DNA from: a virus
Length of the DNA: 64,000 nucleotides
Reading direction: 5' to 3' (one strand)
Virus record (IMG/VR): IMGVR_UViG_3300027904_000006
Shown here in pieces: positions 19,365 through 29,377 of the stretch. A program made the translations under genes and the position numbers. The notes under the pieces were generated by a model. It was not told the origin of the DNA and did not search any database. It was given only the letters and a program-made list of their open reading frames with translations. Position 1 is the stretch's first letter; every line of letters starts with the position of its first letter.

Positions 19365-20738
19365 TTACGTGCCCGGTACGAAGCCGCTTCCATACGTCCC
19401 TTGCCTATCGTCTGGCGGGCGGTCCGTTGCCGACCCTCCAATTGCGGGTTCAGGCTCGTGTTCCGGGTTCCTGCTTAACGCGCCCATGTAGGTAGTATTC
19501 GGGTCGCGGTCAGGCAAATCCGCGGCCATCCGCAGATAATCTTCCATATCTTCATCCGGGGTTATCGCGCCTATGCCAACCAGGTCTTTGACGAACCTGG
19601 CAAGGTCTATCAAGTTCGGCTTTTCGATATCACTATGTATGAGTTCGGGGTATCCGGTCATGCCTTGGAAAGCGTCGCCGTTAATGTCAAGCAGCCTTGG
19701 GATTGCCTGATTGTTGAACATTTCGCATATGAGGTCTAAATACGCGCCTAGGGCTACGCCGAAAAGCTCCGTCTTGTCGCTGGACAGGGCGAAACTTCCG
19801 ACCTTCTGGTGGCCGAGAAGCACAAAGTCCGCAAGCACGGTCATTGCTATCCGGTTGTCGTAACGCTCGATAATAGCGTTGGTGTCAAACTGCCTGCGGC
19901 CGCCAGTGGTCAAAAGCGTCAGCTTCCAGCCGTTGCCGATGACAATGCCTTCTTTTTCGTCGCGGCGTATCCTCTGGACAAGCCGCTCCGCGCGCGCCAG
20001 GTCAGCCGCCGCCTCGTCGCTCCATATGTCCGCGCCTTCCGGGGCTTCCAGCATTGGCAGGCCCGCCAGGTCGCGTTCTATGCCTATTCCCTCGATTTCC
20101 TGTATCCGGCGCTTAAACCACCACGGCCTGTAGGCGTTGCGCAATATAGACCGCCCCTCCGGGTTGGCTTTGCGGCTTTTCGTCCGGATATGCAACGCTT
20201 TTTCAATGGGCAGGAACACCTGCTCAAACGTCGGCGGGGCGCATTGGATCATGCCCTTTATATTTTCGTGGTCGTCATATACCCATTGCCATAACGTATC
20301 CTGGCTGCGGATGGGAAGCTTGCGCCAGCCGATAAGCCCGTCGTCGAATTTGCTCCTGGTATCCGGGTTCCTTGTTTTGCCCATCCTCCGTTTATAAATG
20401 ATCTCATGCCAGCTCCATCCGAACGTTAAAAAGGACAAAACTTCGCTGATAAAGTCAGACCAAGTTTCGTCCATGTCGTGCATACATGAGAAGATAAATT
20501 CGGTTGCGCGTATGTCGGCTTCGGAATTGCCCGCTTCCTTGATGTTCCAGACAGTCTGCCGCATGAGCATTTCGATTGCGAAAAGGATAGCGCCTACGAT
20601 ATCGTCGTTGTCGCTCATTTCCTTGAATATTTCAATCCCTTTGCGCCCGCGCAATTCGCGGAGGAATTCTTCGTAAATCCAGCCGCTCCAGCGTTGCAGG
20701 CCGCTTCGGCCGATTTCGGTAAACGCGTTGCCTGCCAC
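19365..20738 (-). CDS. Portal protein (Mu gp29/DUF935-like)
   Basis: EIGRSGL, GRSILRNAYRPW, GIERDLAGLP, GHQKVGSFALS; GTG start with AGGAGGTG RBS. Confidence 0.9.
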   Translation of the reverse strand: MAGNAFTEIGRSGLQRWSGWIYEEFLRELRGRKGIEIFKEMSDNDDIVGAILFAIEMLMRQTVWNIKEAGNSEADIRATEFIFSCMHDMDETWSDFISEVLSFLTFGWSWHEIIYKRRMGKTRNPDTRSKFDDGLIGWRKLPIRSQDTLWQWVYDDHENIKGMIQCAPPTFEQVFLPIEKALHIRTKSRKANPEGRSILRNAYRPWWFKRRIQEIEGIGIERDLAGLPMLEAPEGADIWSDEAAADLARAERLVQRIRRDEKEGIVIGNGWKLTLLTTGGRRQFDTNAIIERYDNRIAMTVLADFVLLGHQKVGSFALSSDKTELFGVALGAYLDLICEMFNNQAIPRLLDINGDAFQGMTGYPELIHSDIEKPNLIDLARFVKDLVGIGAITPDEDMEDYLRMAADLPDRDPNTTYMGALSRNPEHEPEPAIGGSATDRPPDDRQGTYGSGFVPGT

Positions 20739-20761
20739 GTTTCACCTCCTAGAGTTAAATA

Positions 20762-20800
20762 AGCCCGCTGTGGGAAAGGAGATAGAAAACACAGCGGGCT
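20762..20800 (-). promoter_or_regulatory. 11-bp stem-loop with an anti-Shine-Dalgarno-like loop just upstream of the portal RBS
   Basis: Minus-strand AGCCCGCTGTG-TTTTCTATCTCCTTTCC-CACAGCGGGCT; RBS AGGAGGTG at 20743-20750. Confidence 0.45.
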
Positions 20801-20975
20801 ATATGCAAAATAGGGCTACACAGCGTCCGGTCAGTACGGTAAATCGTCCAGGGACGCCCCTCCATCCAAATACGGTTGGGACAATCGTCCCCCCCGCCTC
20901 GCCCAGAGTGATAATCGAATGATAATTGATACAATGCTTACTACAAGCAACGACAACTCTATAATAACTTGTTTC

Positions 20976-22412
20976 TTATATTCTCTCATTTTGTGCCCGC
21001 CTCCAATAAGATTCTTTGTTCAGCCCATCGCCGTCGTCGCCGAACTTGGCGCTCGGCTTGCCCATGAGGTAAAGGATTCCCTGGACTGTGGCGTCTGTAG
21101 TATCCAAATACTTGGCGTTAGGGAACTTGACCAAATCGTCTATCAGATCGAATACCCACTTGTTCCTGCCGGTAGGCTTTGGGAAAAGGATGTTTCCCGC
21201 CTCAAAATACGGCGCGACTGACAGCGCCCTGTCCTCTTTGCTCCCCTTGGGTTCAAAGCTAATCATGCCTGGTATCTCTTTTCGCAGGAAGCTGATAATC
21301 GCGGGGCCGTTGGCCTTGTCCTCGACTACCTTTGCCCGCGCTTCCGGATGTTTCGCGGATAGCTGCCGGACTGCGGCCACGCTCTCGGTAAACTCCATCT
21401 GCTCGTTTATCATGTCGATGATATAGATATCCGCGCCTTTGCGCCCCATGACAATCCCGGCGCATTTGGAGCTTCCCTCGGATTTCTTGAACGGCAAATC
21501 CCAGGACTGGATTACAGTACAGCCATAGGGCAAAACAGAGTAGTAGTTCGTCATCCACGTACGCTTGAAGATATTCCCGTCCTGCACGGTGGGGTGCTGC
21601 TGGTACAGCGATTCCCAAACGCGGCTGCCGACTGTGTTTTTCGTCCTTTCCGCCCATTCCGCGTCAAAGCCCCTTGCCGGCCAAAGCGGGTCGCCAATCT
21701 GCCGCCCTAGCAGATCGTATTCCGTTTCGCACACGGCGGGCAGGCTGACCACTTCCCAGGTTTCGTCATGCGAATCAAGCAGCCGCCCAGCCAGGTCGTC
21801 TTCATGCCAGCGGGTCTGAATCAGTATGATACTGCCGCCGCTGTGCAGGCGCGTCCGGAAAGACGCCGTGTATTCCTCGAAAAGCCTGTCCCTGTATGTC
21901 TGGCTGCATGCCGTCATTGCCGACTTTATCGGGTCGTCGATTATTAATAAGTCGGCGCCGTGGCCGGTAACGCCGCCCTCAATGGTCGTGGAGTACATGC
22001 CGCCCGCATGGCCCTCGATTTCCCATAGGGTGGTAGCCGAATTGTGGCCGGCCAGCTTCAGGCCGAACAAATCCCTGCCGAACCAGACTATCTTCTTGCG
22101 GTTCTCGCGCCCGAACCGCTTCGCCAGCGCGTCGCCGTACGCCAGGCATATGACCCGCTTGTCTGGGTTTTTGAGCAAAAAATAAGACGGAAATGATTCC
22201 GTCACTGTGTAGCTTTTGGAATGCCTGGGCGGCATGAATATCATCAGCCGCTTATTCCCGTGTTCCAGAACTTCTTTCAGCTTTGAGCAGATAAGGCGCG
22301 TATGCCTCGCGTGCTGATACATGCCTTGGTATACATAGGTCAAATAATCCTCGTAGCTCTGCCTTGCCAGTTTCATAGCCGCTTTCTGGCTTACGCTAGT
22401 TGGTACCGTCAT
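20976..22412 (-). CDS. terL: Terminase large subunit
   Basis: Walker A-like FMPPRHSKS, Walker B LLIIDDP, IQTRWHEDDLAGRL, nuclease motifs QSWD and VEDKANG. Confidence 0.95.
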   Translation of the reverse strand: MTVPTSVSQKAAMKLARQSYEDYLTYVYQGMYQHARHTRLICSKLKEVLEHGNKRLMIFMPPRHSKSYTVTESFPSYFLLKNPDKRVICLAYGDALAKRFGRENRKKIVWFGRDLFGLKLAGHNSATTLWEIEGHAGGMYSTTIEGGVTGHGADLLIIDDPIKSAMTACSQTYRDRLFEEYTASFRTRLHSGGSIILIQTRWHEDDLAGRLLDSHDETWEVVSLPAVCETEYDLLGRQIGDPLWPARGFDAEWAERTKNTVGSRVWESLYQQHPTVQDGNIFKRTWMTNYYSVLPYGCTVIQSWDLPFKKSEGSSKCAGIVMGRKGADIYIIDMINEQMEFTESVAAVRQLSAKHPEARAKVVEDKANGPAIISFLRKEIPGMISFEPKGSKEDRALSVAPYFEAGNILFPKPTGRNKWVFDLIDDLVKFPNAKYLDTTDATVQGILYLMGKPSAKFGDDGDGLNKESYWRRAQNERI

Positions 22413-23205
22413 TCAAGTAATCGCCCCCTGCCAGCCTGCGCAACTCCGTTACTGATAAGCTATCGTACGGGTCTGAACTGTCTGTCGCGCCGGACGATCG
22501 TCCGGACGCGTCAGACAGCAAATCCATGCTTATCCTGTGGAAAGCCTCGATTGCTTTCTGCTTCTGGGCCGAAACCCGGCTCAGTACATCCTCAAACTTG
22601 GCTATGCGGAAACTCACGTCGCTAACCGTATGGCTGGAATCCTCTGTTTCCGTAACCGTGTCCGTAACTACGTCGCCGTTTGCGCCGTGGTACGTCACGG
22701 TCGTGTTCTGGGTCTTCTTGTCTTTCCTGATGGAATCGACAAGCAGCTTGTTTTCCGATTTCCTCAGCGCCTTTAGTTCGCCGATAATCTGTTTTTCGCG
22801 CAATGTATACAGCTTAATCAGGTTGCGCTGCTGGTAAAGCGGGTCTGAAAAGTATTTGTCGTTGGAGATAAACCCTTTTTCGTCATCGTCAAAATCGGAA
22901 AAAAAGAAGCCTTCATACTCATGCGTTTTGACCGAATTCTTATTGCGCGGCGGCGCCCCGTTGCCGCCTTTTGAGCCAACGGCATGTTGGTTGTTCTTCG
23001 GGCCGCCACGCGTTTTTGTTTTTGCTATTTTTTCCTGTTTTTCCGCAGTCAGTTCCAAATCCCATTTATCCCTGTTTTTCCAGCTTCGGACAGTCCCGTC
23101 CGATACGCCCAGCAACGTTGCGATTTCAAGCAGCGGTATTTCTCCGTTGCGTTGCAGGTAGATTTCCTTGGCTTTATCGCGTTCCGCGCTTCGTTCTGTA
23201 CCCAA
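22396..23205 (-). CDS. terS: Terminase small subunit
   Basis: N-terminal HTH (EIATLLGVSDGTVRSWKNRDKW), GGPKNNQHAVG, GAPPRNKNS..H; overlaps the terL start. Confidence 0.85.
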   Translation of the reverse strand: MGTERSAERDKAKEIYLQRNGEIPLLEIATLLGVSDGTVRSWKNRDKWDLELTAEKQEKIAKTKTRGGPKNNQHAVGSKGGNGAPPRNKNSVKTHEYEGFFFSDFDDDEKGFISNDKYFSDPLYQQRNLIKLYTLREKQIIGELKALRKSENKLLVDSIRKDKKTQNTTVTYHGANGDVVTDTVTETEDSSHTVSDVSFRIAKFEDVLSRVSAQKQKAIEAFHRISMDLLSDASGRSSGATDSSDPYDSLSVTELRRLAGGDYLNDGTN

Positions 23206-23231
23206 TCACCCCACCGCCAATAAATAGCCCG

Positions 23232-23810
23232 CTAATACTTCATAATGATTTTGGCCTTGTTATACTCGTTGCTGGATACAATCATCCGGAGAAAATCCTC
23301 GCGCGTAAAATCGGACAGCCTGAATATTTCCTCAGCCCGCATACCCAACTGGATACCTATTTCCTCAACCGACTTCCCTTTATCAAGCAAGTTCTTAATA
23401 ATTCTTTTCATCGGCTCAAGCAAATGCTGGCCCCGGGCGCGGTTATGCGTAATCGTGCCGTAGACGTAGTTGTCCTCGTCGGCCTGGTCGACGATAACAC
23501 GCGGCACTTTCCCACCCAGTATTTCATAAAGCGTTTTGCCGCGGTACTCCGGCTTCAGGTCGAACTCCTTGGTAAATGTGGGTATGTAGTCCCAATCAGG
23601 CCCCGATATGAACCACCTGTTGAACCCGTCGATAATCCGGTTATCCGGGCGGGCCACAAGCGGCATGGTAAAGCCGTTGACTATAATGCTGATTGTAAGC
23701 AGTATGAGGTTATCGCGCAATACCTTGTTCGGGTTATAGTCGTTCGGGATAAGCGTATCCCTGTCGACCCATGCAAGCGTACTTAGCGGGCCGCAAACAT
23801 CAATGCTCAT
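23232..23810 (-). CDS. ParB-N-domain protein (IbrB-like)
   Basis: PNDYNPNKV, GFTMPLV, IIDGFNR, TITHNRARGQH, IGIQLGM..EE. Confidence 0.85.
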   Translation of the reverse strand: MSIDVCGPLSTLAWVDRDTLIPNDYNPNKVLRDNLILLTISIIVNGFTMPLVARPDNRIIDGFNRWFISGPDWDYIPTFTKEFDLKPEYRGKTLYEILGGKVPRVIVDQADEDNYVYGTITHNRARGQHLLEPMKRIIKNLLDKGKSVEEIGIQLGMRAEEIFRLSDFTREDFLRMIVSSNEYNKAKIIMKY

Positions 23811-25012
23811 AAAACGCCCGCGCTCCCTTGCGTTGTCCTTAGCCGCATATTAAATTCGGCCTCCGCTTCCTTGACGTAATTAATCCTCATTTGCGCCTTC
23901 GCCGCCCTGAGCGTCCGCAGTTTCGGGTCGCCCGCGACAAGCCCTTCGTAAAGCCTCTTGAACCCGGCAGAATCAGCGTACGGCCCCATTTGCAGGAATG
24001 TGTTTCTGTACCTGCCGGCGACCCATTTTGAATGCTCGGTCGGGAAATACTTGTCGGGGTTCGCGAACATTTCACAAAGTTTGGCCTTGTAATCTATCTG
24101 CTCGACCGGGCCTTGGTTATCCTTTTTCTCCAGCGCCTTGCGCTTCGCGGTCGAACGCCTGAACATTTCGGTATCCCAGTAAAGGGCCGCCAAGTAAGCG
24201 TTCGGCTCGCGCCTGATAACGCGTTCCAGCAAGTCGGGGTAATACTCGTTCATCTTGATTAGGTTCGCCGCGGAGTCAATCGAAAAATACTGCGAAACTC
24301 GGAGGTGGTTCTTATAAATGCCCGCCTGCCACATGTACAGATATATTTCGGGGATCTCGACCTTGTTATTAAGCAGGTACAGCCATACGTCGTTATCTTT
24401 CCAGTCGTAAATCGGATGTACCCGGTGGTCGGAGGTCATATCGTTCTTAGCCATTGTCATTGCCGCCATATACGATATCCGCTGATACGATTCATAGGCG
24501 CGGACGCCGACAATCGTCAGGTAATGGCAGAACGCGCGGTGGCAAAACTCCTGGTATGTATCCTGCCTGGCCCTCAACAATGGGTGGGAACGGATTGCGA
24601 ACGGGGGAGGCCGCCTGACCCAGACGTCTTCTTTCCGCGAATCAAAGCAGATGAAGCTTTCGTCGCTCGCCAGCATATTGAAGCAGTTAAAATGCCTGAC
24701 CTCAATGCAGTACCAGTCGAACCGGGCGCCGGCCAGCATGAACTTCCTGCGCCAGTCCAATACAATTTTTTCGACGCACGGGAATATGGCTTCCTCGTCG
24801 ATAAACTGGACGGTCAACAGCCTGGGGTCGATTTCCCCGGCGCGGATTAAATCGTAGATCAGGTTAGCGGCGCATAGGCTGTCTTTACCGCCTGAAAAGG
24901 CAAACTTGACAGGCACGCCGTTACTGAAAATATTCTTTATCCTGATTTTTGCCGCCTCGACTACGTTTATGGATGCCTCCTTGATTCTTACAGCCATATC
25001 TTTTGATTGCAA
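23807..25012 (-). CDS. PAPS-reductase/PP-loop family protein (IbrA-like, DUF3440-type)
   Basis: PP-loop FAFSGGKDS, FIDEE, IVGVRAYES..R, PIYDWKDNDVW, LRVSQ. Confidence 0.88.
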   Translation of the reverse strand: MQSKDMAVRIKEASINVVEAAKIRIKNIFSNGVPVKFAFSGGKDSLCAANLIYDLIRAGEIDPRLLTVQFIDEEAIFPCVEKIVLDWRRKFMLAGARFDWYCIEVRHFNCFNMLASDESFICFDSRKEDVWVRRPPPFAIRSHPLLRARQDTYQEFCHRAFCHYLTIVGVRAYESYQRISYMAAMTMAKNDMTSDHRVHPIYDWKDNDVWLYLLNNKVEIPEIYLYMWQAGIYKNHLRVSQYFSIDSAANLIKMNEYYPDLLERVIRREPNAYLAALYWDTEMFRRSTAKRKALEKKDNQGPVEQIDYKAKLCEMFANPDKYFPTEHSKWVAGRYRNTFLQMGPYADSAGFKRLYEGLVAGDPKLRTLRAAKAQMRINYVKEAEAEFNMRLRTTQGSAGVL

Positions 25013-25629
25013 TGCGGGCAGATGATAAACTCGCTGTTATGGACAACGGCCTCGGCCAAATGCGCTTCGTGAGGGGGCGACTGCCCCGGCGACTGTTCCG
25101 GCGATAGCCCAGATTGGACAGGAGCCTGCGCGGGCAGGCTTGCCGCTTCCGCTTCCGCCCTTTCGCGCCTAGCGTTCATATCCTGCGCCTTATTGCTGTC
25201 CATGAGGCCAAATTGATTTATCCCCTGCGTCACTTCCTCAGCGGACGCTATCATCTGCTTGAGCATTTCCTCGTCATAGCCTGGGATATCGAGGTCGTTC
25301 CCAAGCTCGTTCAGGTAAGTTTCGATAACTTTGTAGTTATCGACGCCCATGTCAAATATCTTATTGTCGCTCATAACGATTTTCTTCTTTTCAGCCGGGG
25401 TCAAGTCCGGCCTGACAATAGCAAAGATACTTTCCCAGCCCAACTCCCGCGCTGCCATGACCAGCCCGTTCCCGATAAGGATCGTATTGGTTTCGTCGAT
25501 TACCGCGTTCTTTGTCTGGCCGAACATCTGCAAGCTCCGCTTATATTCCTCAATCTGCTTGCGCGGATGGCTCCGCACGTTTTCAGCCAATATATTTAAC
25601 TCGTTAAGGTTTACGCTAATTACGTTCAT
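24988..25629 (-). CDS. ParB-N-domain protein
   Basis: NVRSHPRKQI...SLQMFGQTKNAVIDE...ILIGNG, SDNK; C-terminal CPHC zinc knuckle. Confidence 0.8.
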   Translation of the reverse strand: MNVISVNLNELNILAENVRSHPRKQIEEYKRSLQMFGQTKNAVIDETNTILIGNGLVMAARELGWESIFAIVRPDLTPAEKKKIVMSDNKIFDMGVDNYKVIETYLNELGNDLDIPGYDEEMLKQMIASAEEVTQGINQFGLMDSNKAQDMNARRERAEAEAASLPAQAPVQSGLSPEQSPGQSPPHEAHLAEAVVHNSEFIICPHCNQKIWL

Positions 25630-26405
25630 ATGCGCCCTCCATCTAAAAAAACGTTTGCGCTTTCGATATATTCCGCCGCCCCCATTACTATATATGGGTC
25701 TATGTCAAAAACTTCCTTCCAGCCGTTTTCGATACTCCCCGTCCATTGCCTGGCCGGCCACGGGTGTGTGCCGCACAGATAGCCGTTATGCCAGCCATAG
25801 ATAGGCGGCAGCTTAACGTCGTAATAATGGATAAAAGCCAGCACGTCTTCATGCCGCCAGTAGGCAATCGGGGAATGCCGCGTTACGCCCGACGCGGTTG
25901 TATATGTGTTGCCGCCCGCCCCTATGTAGTTGCCCTCCGCACGCCTGCGCCCAAGCAGGAGCATGTCAAGCTTGTGGCTTTTGAAATACTTCGCCTGGCC
26001 GCGATGCTGGACTATGTGGAACCACTTGCCCGCAGCCGCGCTGTCCTGCGGGAAAAGGATTCCCTGGTTTTTTGAAAGCCAGTACAAATCCTGGCCCGTA
26101 TTGACTATTTCAAGCCGGCTAGGCTTATGAAACGTCACCCAATCCATAAAAGCCGGGTATTCCAGGTCGCACCTAACCAGGACGCAATCTTCAATCCCGG
26201 CCATCGCGCATAGGCGTTCCAGCACAAGGCTGTCTTTGCCCCCGCTCCATGAATACGCCGCTTTCCTGCCTTTGGTAGCTTGCATAATCTCCGTGACGGT
26301 CTTTTCAACCAAGAGGTCAAGCTCTTTGCGGGGCACGGCCTGCCAGATATTCTGCAATGCCGCTATCCACGCTTCGTTTTTCATAGTCTGTTTTTTCTGT
26401 AGCAT
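25626..26405 (-). CDS. Second PAPS-reductase/PP-loop family protein
   Basis: YSWSGGKDS, LLGRRRAEGN, PIAYWRHEDV. Confidence 0.8.
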   Translation of the reverse strand: MLQKKQTMKNEAWIAALQNIWQAVPRKELDLLVEKTVTEIMQATKGRKAAYSWSGGKDSLVLERLCAMAGIEDCVLVRCDLEYPAFMDWVTFHKPSRLEIVNTGQDLYWLSKNQGILFPQDSAAAGKWFHIVQHRGQAKYFKSHKLDMLLLGRRRAEGNYIGAGGNTYTTASGVTRHSPIAYWRHEDVLAFIHYYDVKLPPIYGWHNGYLCGTHPWPARQWTGSIENGWKEVFDIDPYIVMGAAEYIESANVFLDGGRI

Positions 26406-26409
26406 ACGC

Positions 26410-27393
26410 CTAATTTCCCACTTTTAGGTTAAATCGGTTTGTCGCGAAATCGGAAACACTTAGCCAATCGTTGGCTAAATCTCCGTTCCCGCGCATGTAA
26501 TCCAGCCAATACTGCGCGTCGCCCATGATAACCGCGCAATTTTCCTGATAGTAATAATCCTCAATGTATTTAACGTCCACTCCGGTATATTTCGATATGA
26601 CCTGCTTCGCCTCGGCCTGGTTGTTTTCAATCCACGCGGCGGCTTCCGCAATGGCCGTAACGAACCCCTCAGCCTGCGCTTTATTATTATCTGCCCATAC
26701 GCTATTGACGACATGCATGGAAAACTGCTTCTCGCCGAATATATCCAGCGCGTCAAACAACAGCCTGACGTTCGGCTGCTCTTTCGCGTGGAGTATGTAC
26801 GGCTGCATGAGGCCGATGGCGTCCACTTGCCCATTTATCAAGGCTAATTCCTGTTGGTCGAATGGCAGTATGACAAATTCCACATCTTCCCCGCTTAGGC
26901 CAGCTTTATCCAAGGCCATGAGCCAGGTGTAGTGAAATGAGGACTTGACAAGGTTTATGGCTATCTTCTTGCCCCTCAGATCCGCGACAGAAGTAATCGG
27001 ACGATTGTCCGCGGAGTCATCCAGTACAAAGAACTCCTCAAGCGCCTGAACCTTTATGGCCGATTGGAGGTCTGACACGCCGATGACGGGAAGCCCTTGC
27101 GCCCGCGCGTTAATAATCGCCATGACGGACGATACGCACGATTCAGCGTTGCCGCCGCCTACAGCCTGTAGCGCCGTTGGCCCGCCCGCGACGGTATCAG
27201 TTATTTCCACGGATACGCCCCGTTTCTCAAAAAAGCCTTTGTCCTTAGCGACATAAACAGGGTCATACACTTTCAGCCCAATATAGCGTACGCTGCCTTT
27301 GGCCTCTTTCCCGCCAGACAAATTAGAGAGCGTCACTATCAATACGCCGGCAATAAAAATTAGCGCCCCAATAAAAATCCGCTTCAAATCCAT
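26410..27393 (-). CDS. ABC transporter substrate-binding protein, SsuA/TauA/NMT1-like
   Basis: N-terminal TM (MDLKRIFIGALIFIAGVLIV); YVAKDKGFFEKRG, ITSVADLRGKKIA, LINGQVDA. Start moved to ATG 27393. Confidence 0.85.
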   Translation of the reverse strand: MDLKRIFIGALIFIAGVLIVTLSNLSGGKEAKGSVRYIGLKVYDPVYVAKDKGFFEKRGVSVEITDTVAGGPTALQAVGGGNAESCVSSVMAIINARAQGLPVIGVSDLQSAIKVQALEEFFVLDDSADNRPITSVADLRGKKIAINLVKSSFHYTWLMALDKAGLSGEDVEFVILPFDQQELALINGQVDAIGLMQPYILHAKEQPNVRLLFDALDIFGEKQFSMHVVNSVWADNNKAQAEGFVTAIAEAAAWIENNQAEAKQVISKYTGVDVKYIEDYYYQENCAVIMGDAQYWLDYMRGNGDLANDWLSVSDFATNRFNLKVGN

Positions 27394-27496
27394 CCCCCTA
27401 TAATAAAATAGCCGCCATACGAGGGCGGATTCGTACAGCAGCCATATTCGAAAAGAGGCGTGACACACGCCTCAGAAGCCTAGCATAGTGTAATGC

Positions 27497-28312
27497 CTAA
27501 TATGTTTCATCCACCCCCAGTAACCCTTTTCTAACTTTGCCCTGTAAAGCCGCCATGCTCCAATTCATGCCGCCTCCTATTAGGGCAATCATCAAAATAG
27601 TGGCGTAAACCTTGCTGAACTCAAACGATTGTGCGCTCCAAAGCAGATAGTACCCCAGGCCGCGCGACGCGCCCAACATCTCGGACGCCATAAGGCTAAT
27701 CCAGCCCCCGCCAATGCCCAGCCGCAAGCCGGTCAATATTGAAGGCGCCGCAAGCGGGACACGGATTTTTGAAAGTACCTGCCATTCGCCCGCGCCCTCT
27801 GTCCTCGCCGCCTCCACAATGGACTGCGGGGCGTCCAGGCTTTCCAGCGTGGAAACCAATACTGCGGGCCAGCTCGTCCAGAAGATGACGAACACCCGCG
27901 CGCCGCCGCCCAGGCCCATGAGTACAATCAAAAGCGGGAACAGGGTCAGCGCGGAAATGCCGCGTAAGCATTCCAGTACCGGCATGAGTGCAAATTTTAA
28001 GCGTTGGCACTGTGACAACACAATACCAACGCTCAGCCCCGCAATCATGGCAATCCCTATGCCTGACACTACAATCTGTAAACTGGCCGCTATGTTGGGC
28101 CAGAACGCCTTATCGCAAACAAGCCCCCAAAATGTCCGTGCAACCTGAATGAAAGACGGCATAGCCGGGCTTCGTACGCCCGCCGATGTAACCTGCCACA
28201 TCAACAGGGCGCCAATCATGCCTGCTATGCCGAACCTTAACCTGGCTGTTGTCCGCCATCGGGCATTTAGTTTTGCCCGCAACCGCCAGATTGCTTTGTG
28301 TGATTTTGTCAT
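27497..28312 (-). CDS. ABC transporter permease, SsuC/TauC-like
   Basis: Multiple TMs; EAA-like loop VEAARTEGAGEWQVL, PSILTGLR, MASEMLGASRGLGY. Confidence 0.9.
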   Translation of the reverse strand: MTKSHKAIWRLRAKLNARWRTTARLRFGIAGMIGALLMWQVTSAGVRSPAMPSFIQVARTFWGLVCDKAFWPNIAASLQIVVSGIGIAMIAGLSVGIVLSQCQRLKFALMPVLECLRGISALTLFPLLIVLMGLGGGARVFVIFWTSWPAVLVSTLESLDAPQSIVEAARTEGAGEWQVLSKIRVPLAAPSILTGLRLGIGGGWISLMASEMLGASRGLGYYLLWSAQSFEFSKVYATILMIALIGGGMNWSMAALQGKVRKGLLGVDETY

Positions 28313-28368
28313 GCTACCACAATATCATATAAATTAGTCTCAAAGTGTGTCAACCTCTCGACACGTTT

Positions 28369-28983
28369 CTACTCTTTAGCATACCAATACCTAAAATACT
28401 CTTTTTGCAGGTTGTTTTTCGCCAGCCAGTCCATGAACGGGACGACATATGCGGCGACAGGCGGCGTTTCTTCCCTCGGGTATGTTTCCGTCCAGACTTG
28501 CCTGCCGTCGCTTATCAAATACTCAAACTGCCGTGCGTACGGGATAAGCTCTAAGTACATCGAATGCTGCGGGTATGTCTTGAATTTGCCGGGCTTGTAA
28601 TTGTGCCCGAACTTAATGTCGTATATCAGGTCCTCTTTGAGTACGTCCAGCCGTCCGTTCAGCAAAAACGGTATGTCGCCAATGGTCACCTTTTTGGAGG
28701 CCACATACTGCCATACGCCTCCGCGTATGATTTTCGCTATCGCAGCCGCGCCCGGCTCCCAATCCCGATAGTTCGGGTAGTTACTGCAATCCAGCCCGTC
28801 AGCCATATCGCAGGCCATCTGCTCAAAGTCCAGGCCGTTCTGCATAGCCTGGTTCTTCGGGATAGGCTCGCGCCGCAGGGCCGTCATGAACTGCTCCGTA
28901 GCCTGTTCATCGCTGATATCGAAATACTTGATAAACTGGAATTGCCATGCGGACAAAAGTGAGGCCGTCATTAGATACCGCAT
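28369..28983 (-). CDS. PD-(D/E)XK nuclease family protein (Cas4-like exonuclease)
   Basis: LNGRLDVLKEDLIYDIKF, YPQHSMY. Confidence 0.7.
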   Translation of the reverse strand: MRYLMTASLLSAWQFQFIKYFDISDEQATEQFMTALRREPIPKNQAMQNGLDFEQMACDMADGLDCSNYPNYRDWEPGAAAIAKIIRGGVWQYVASKKVTIGDIPFLLNGRLDVLKEDLIYDIKFGHNYKPGKFKTYPQHSMYLELIPYARQFEYLISDGRQVWTETYPREETPPVAAYVVPFMDWLAKNNLQKEYFRYWYAKE

Positions 28984-29068
28984 AAAAAATCACCTCCGGG
29001 ATATATGCCTATAATACCACATGGGACGCGAACGGCCAAAGGAAAGGCTTCCCCATGACAGGGAAGCC

Positions 29069-29344
29069 TCAATCCAGGTCAGTTAAGTTTAGCTTAATGT
29101 AATGGTCTATGAAAGGGTCAAATTCTAAATGTTCGATATTTTCAATATCTAAGCCCAGCGATTCAAGTAAACCCCAAACATCCTCACACGATTTATAGTC
29201 ATTGATGGGAATACGCCTTTCGGAATCTCCAACTGTTATTTTAACATATGCAGACTCCAAACTCTCTCCATCGTGTGTATACAAGCCCTCATTTAACTTC
29301 ACTAAATTTAAATATGCGATATTTTCCATTTTGCTTCCTCCCAT
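29069..29344 (-). CDS. Hypothetical acidic protein (low GC)
   Basis: 91-aa ORF with GGGAGG RBS; followed by a hairpin at about 29044-29069. Confidence 0.55.
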   Translation of the reverse strand: MGGSKMENIAYLNLVKLNEGLYTHDGESLESAYVKITVGDSERRIPINDYKSCEDVWGLLESLGLDIENIEHLEFDPFIDHYIKLNLTDLD

Positions 29345-29377
29345 ATAGTTTGTAACATGATAACAGGTTTTGCAGCC

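Noticed and set aside
23232-25629. ParB-N proteins as the partition partner of ParA
   Set aside because: They lie in the PP-loop operon, resemble IbrB-type proteins, and ParA already has a coupled RHH gene.
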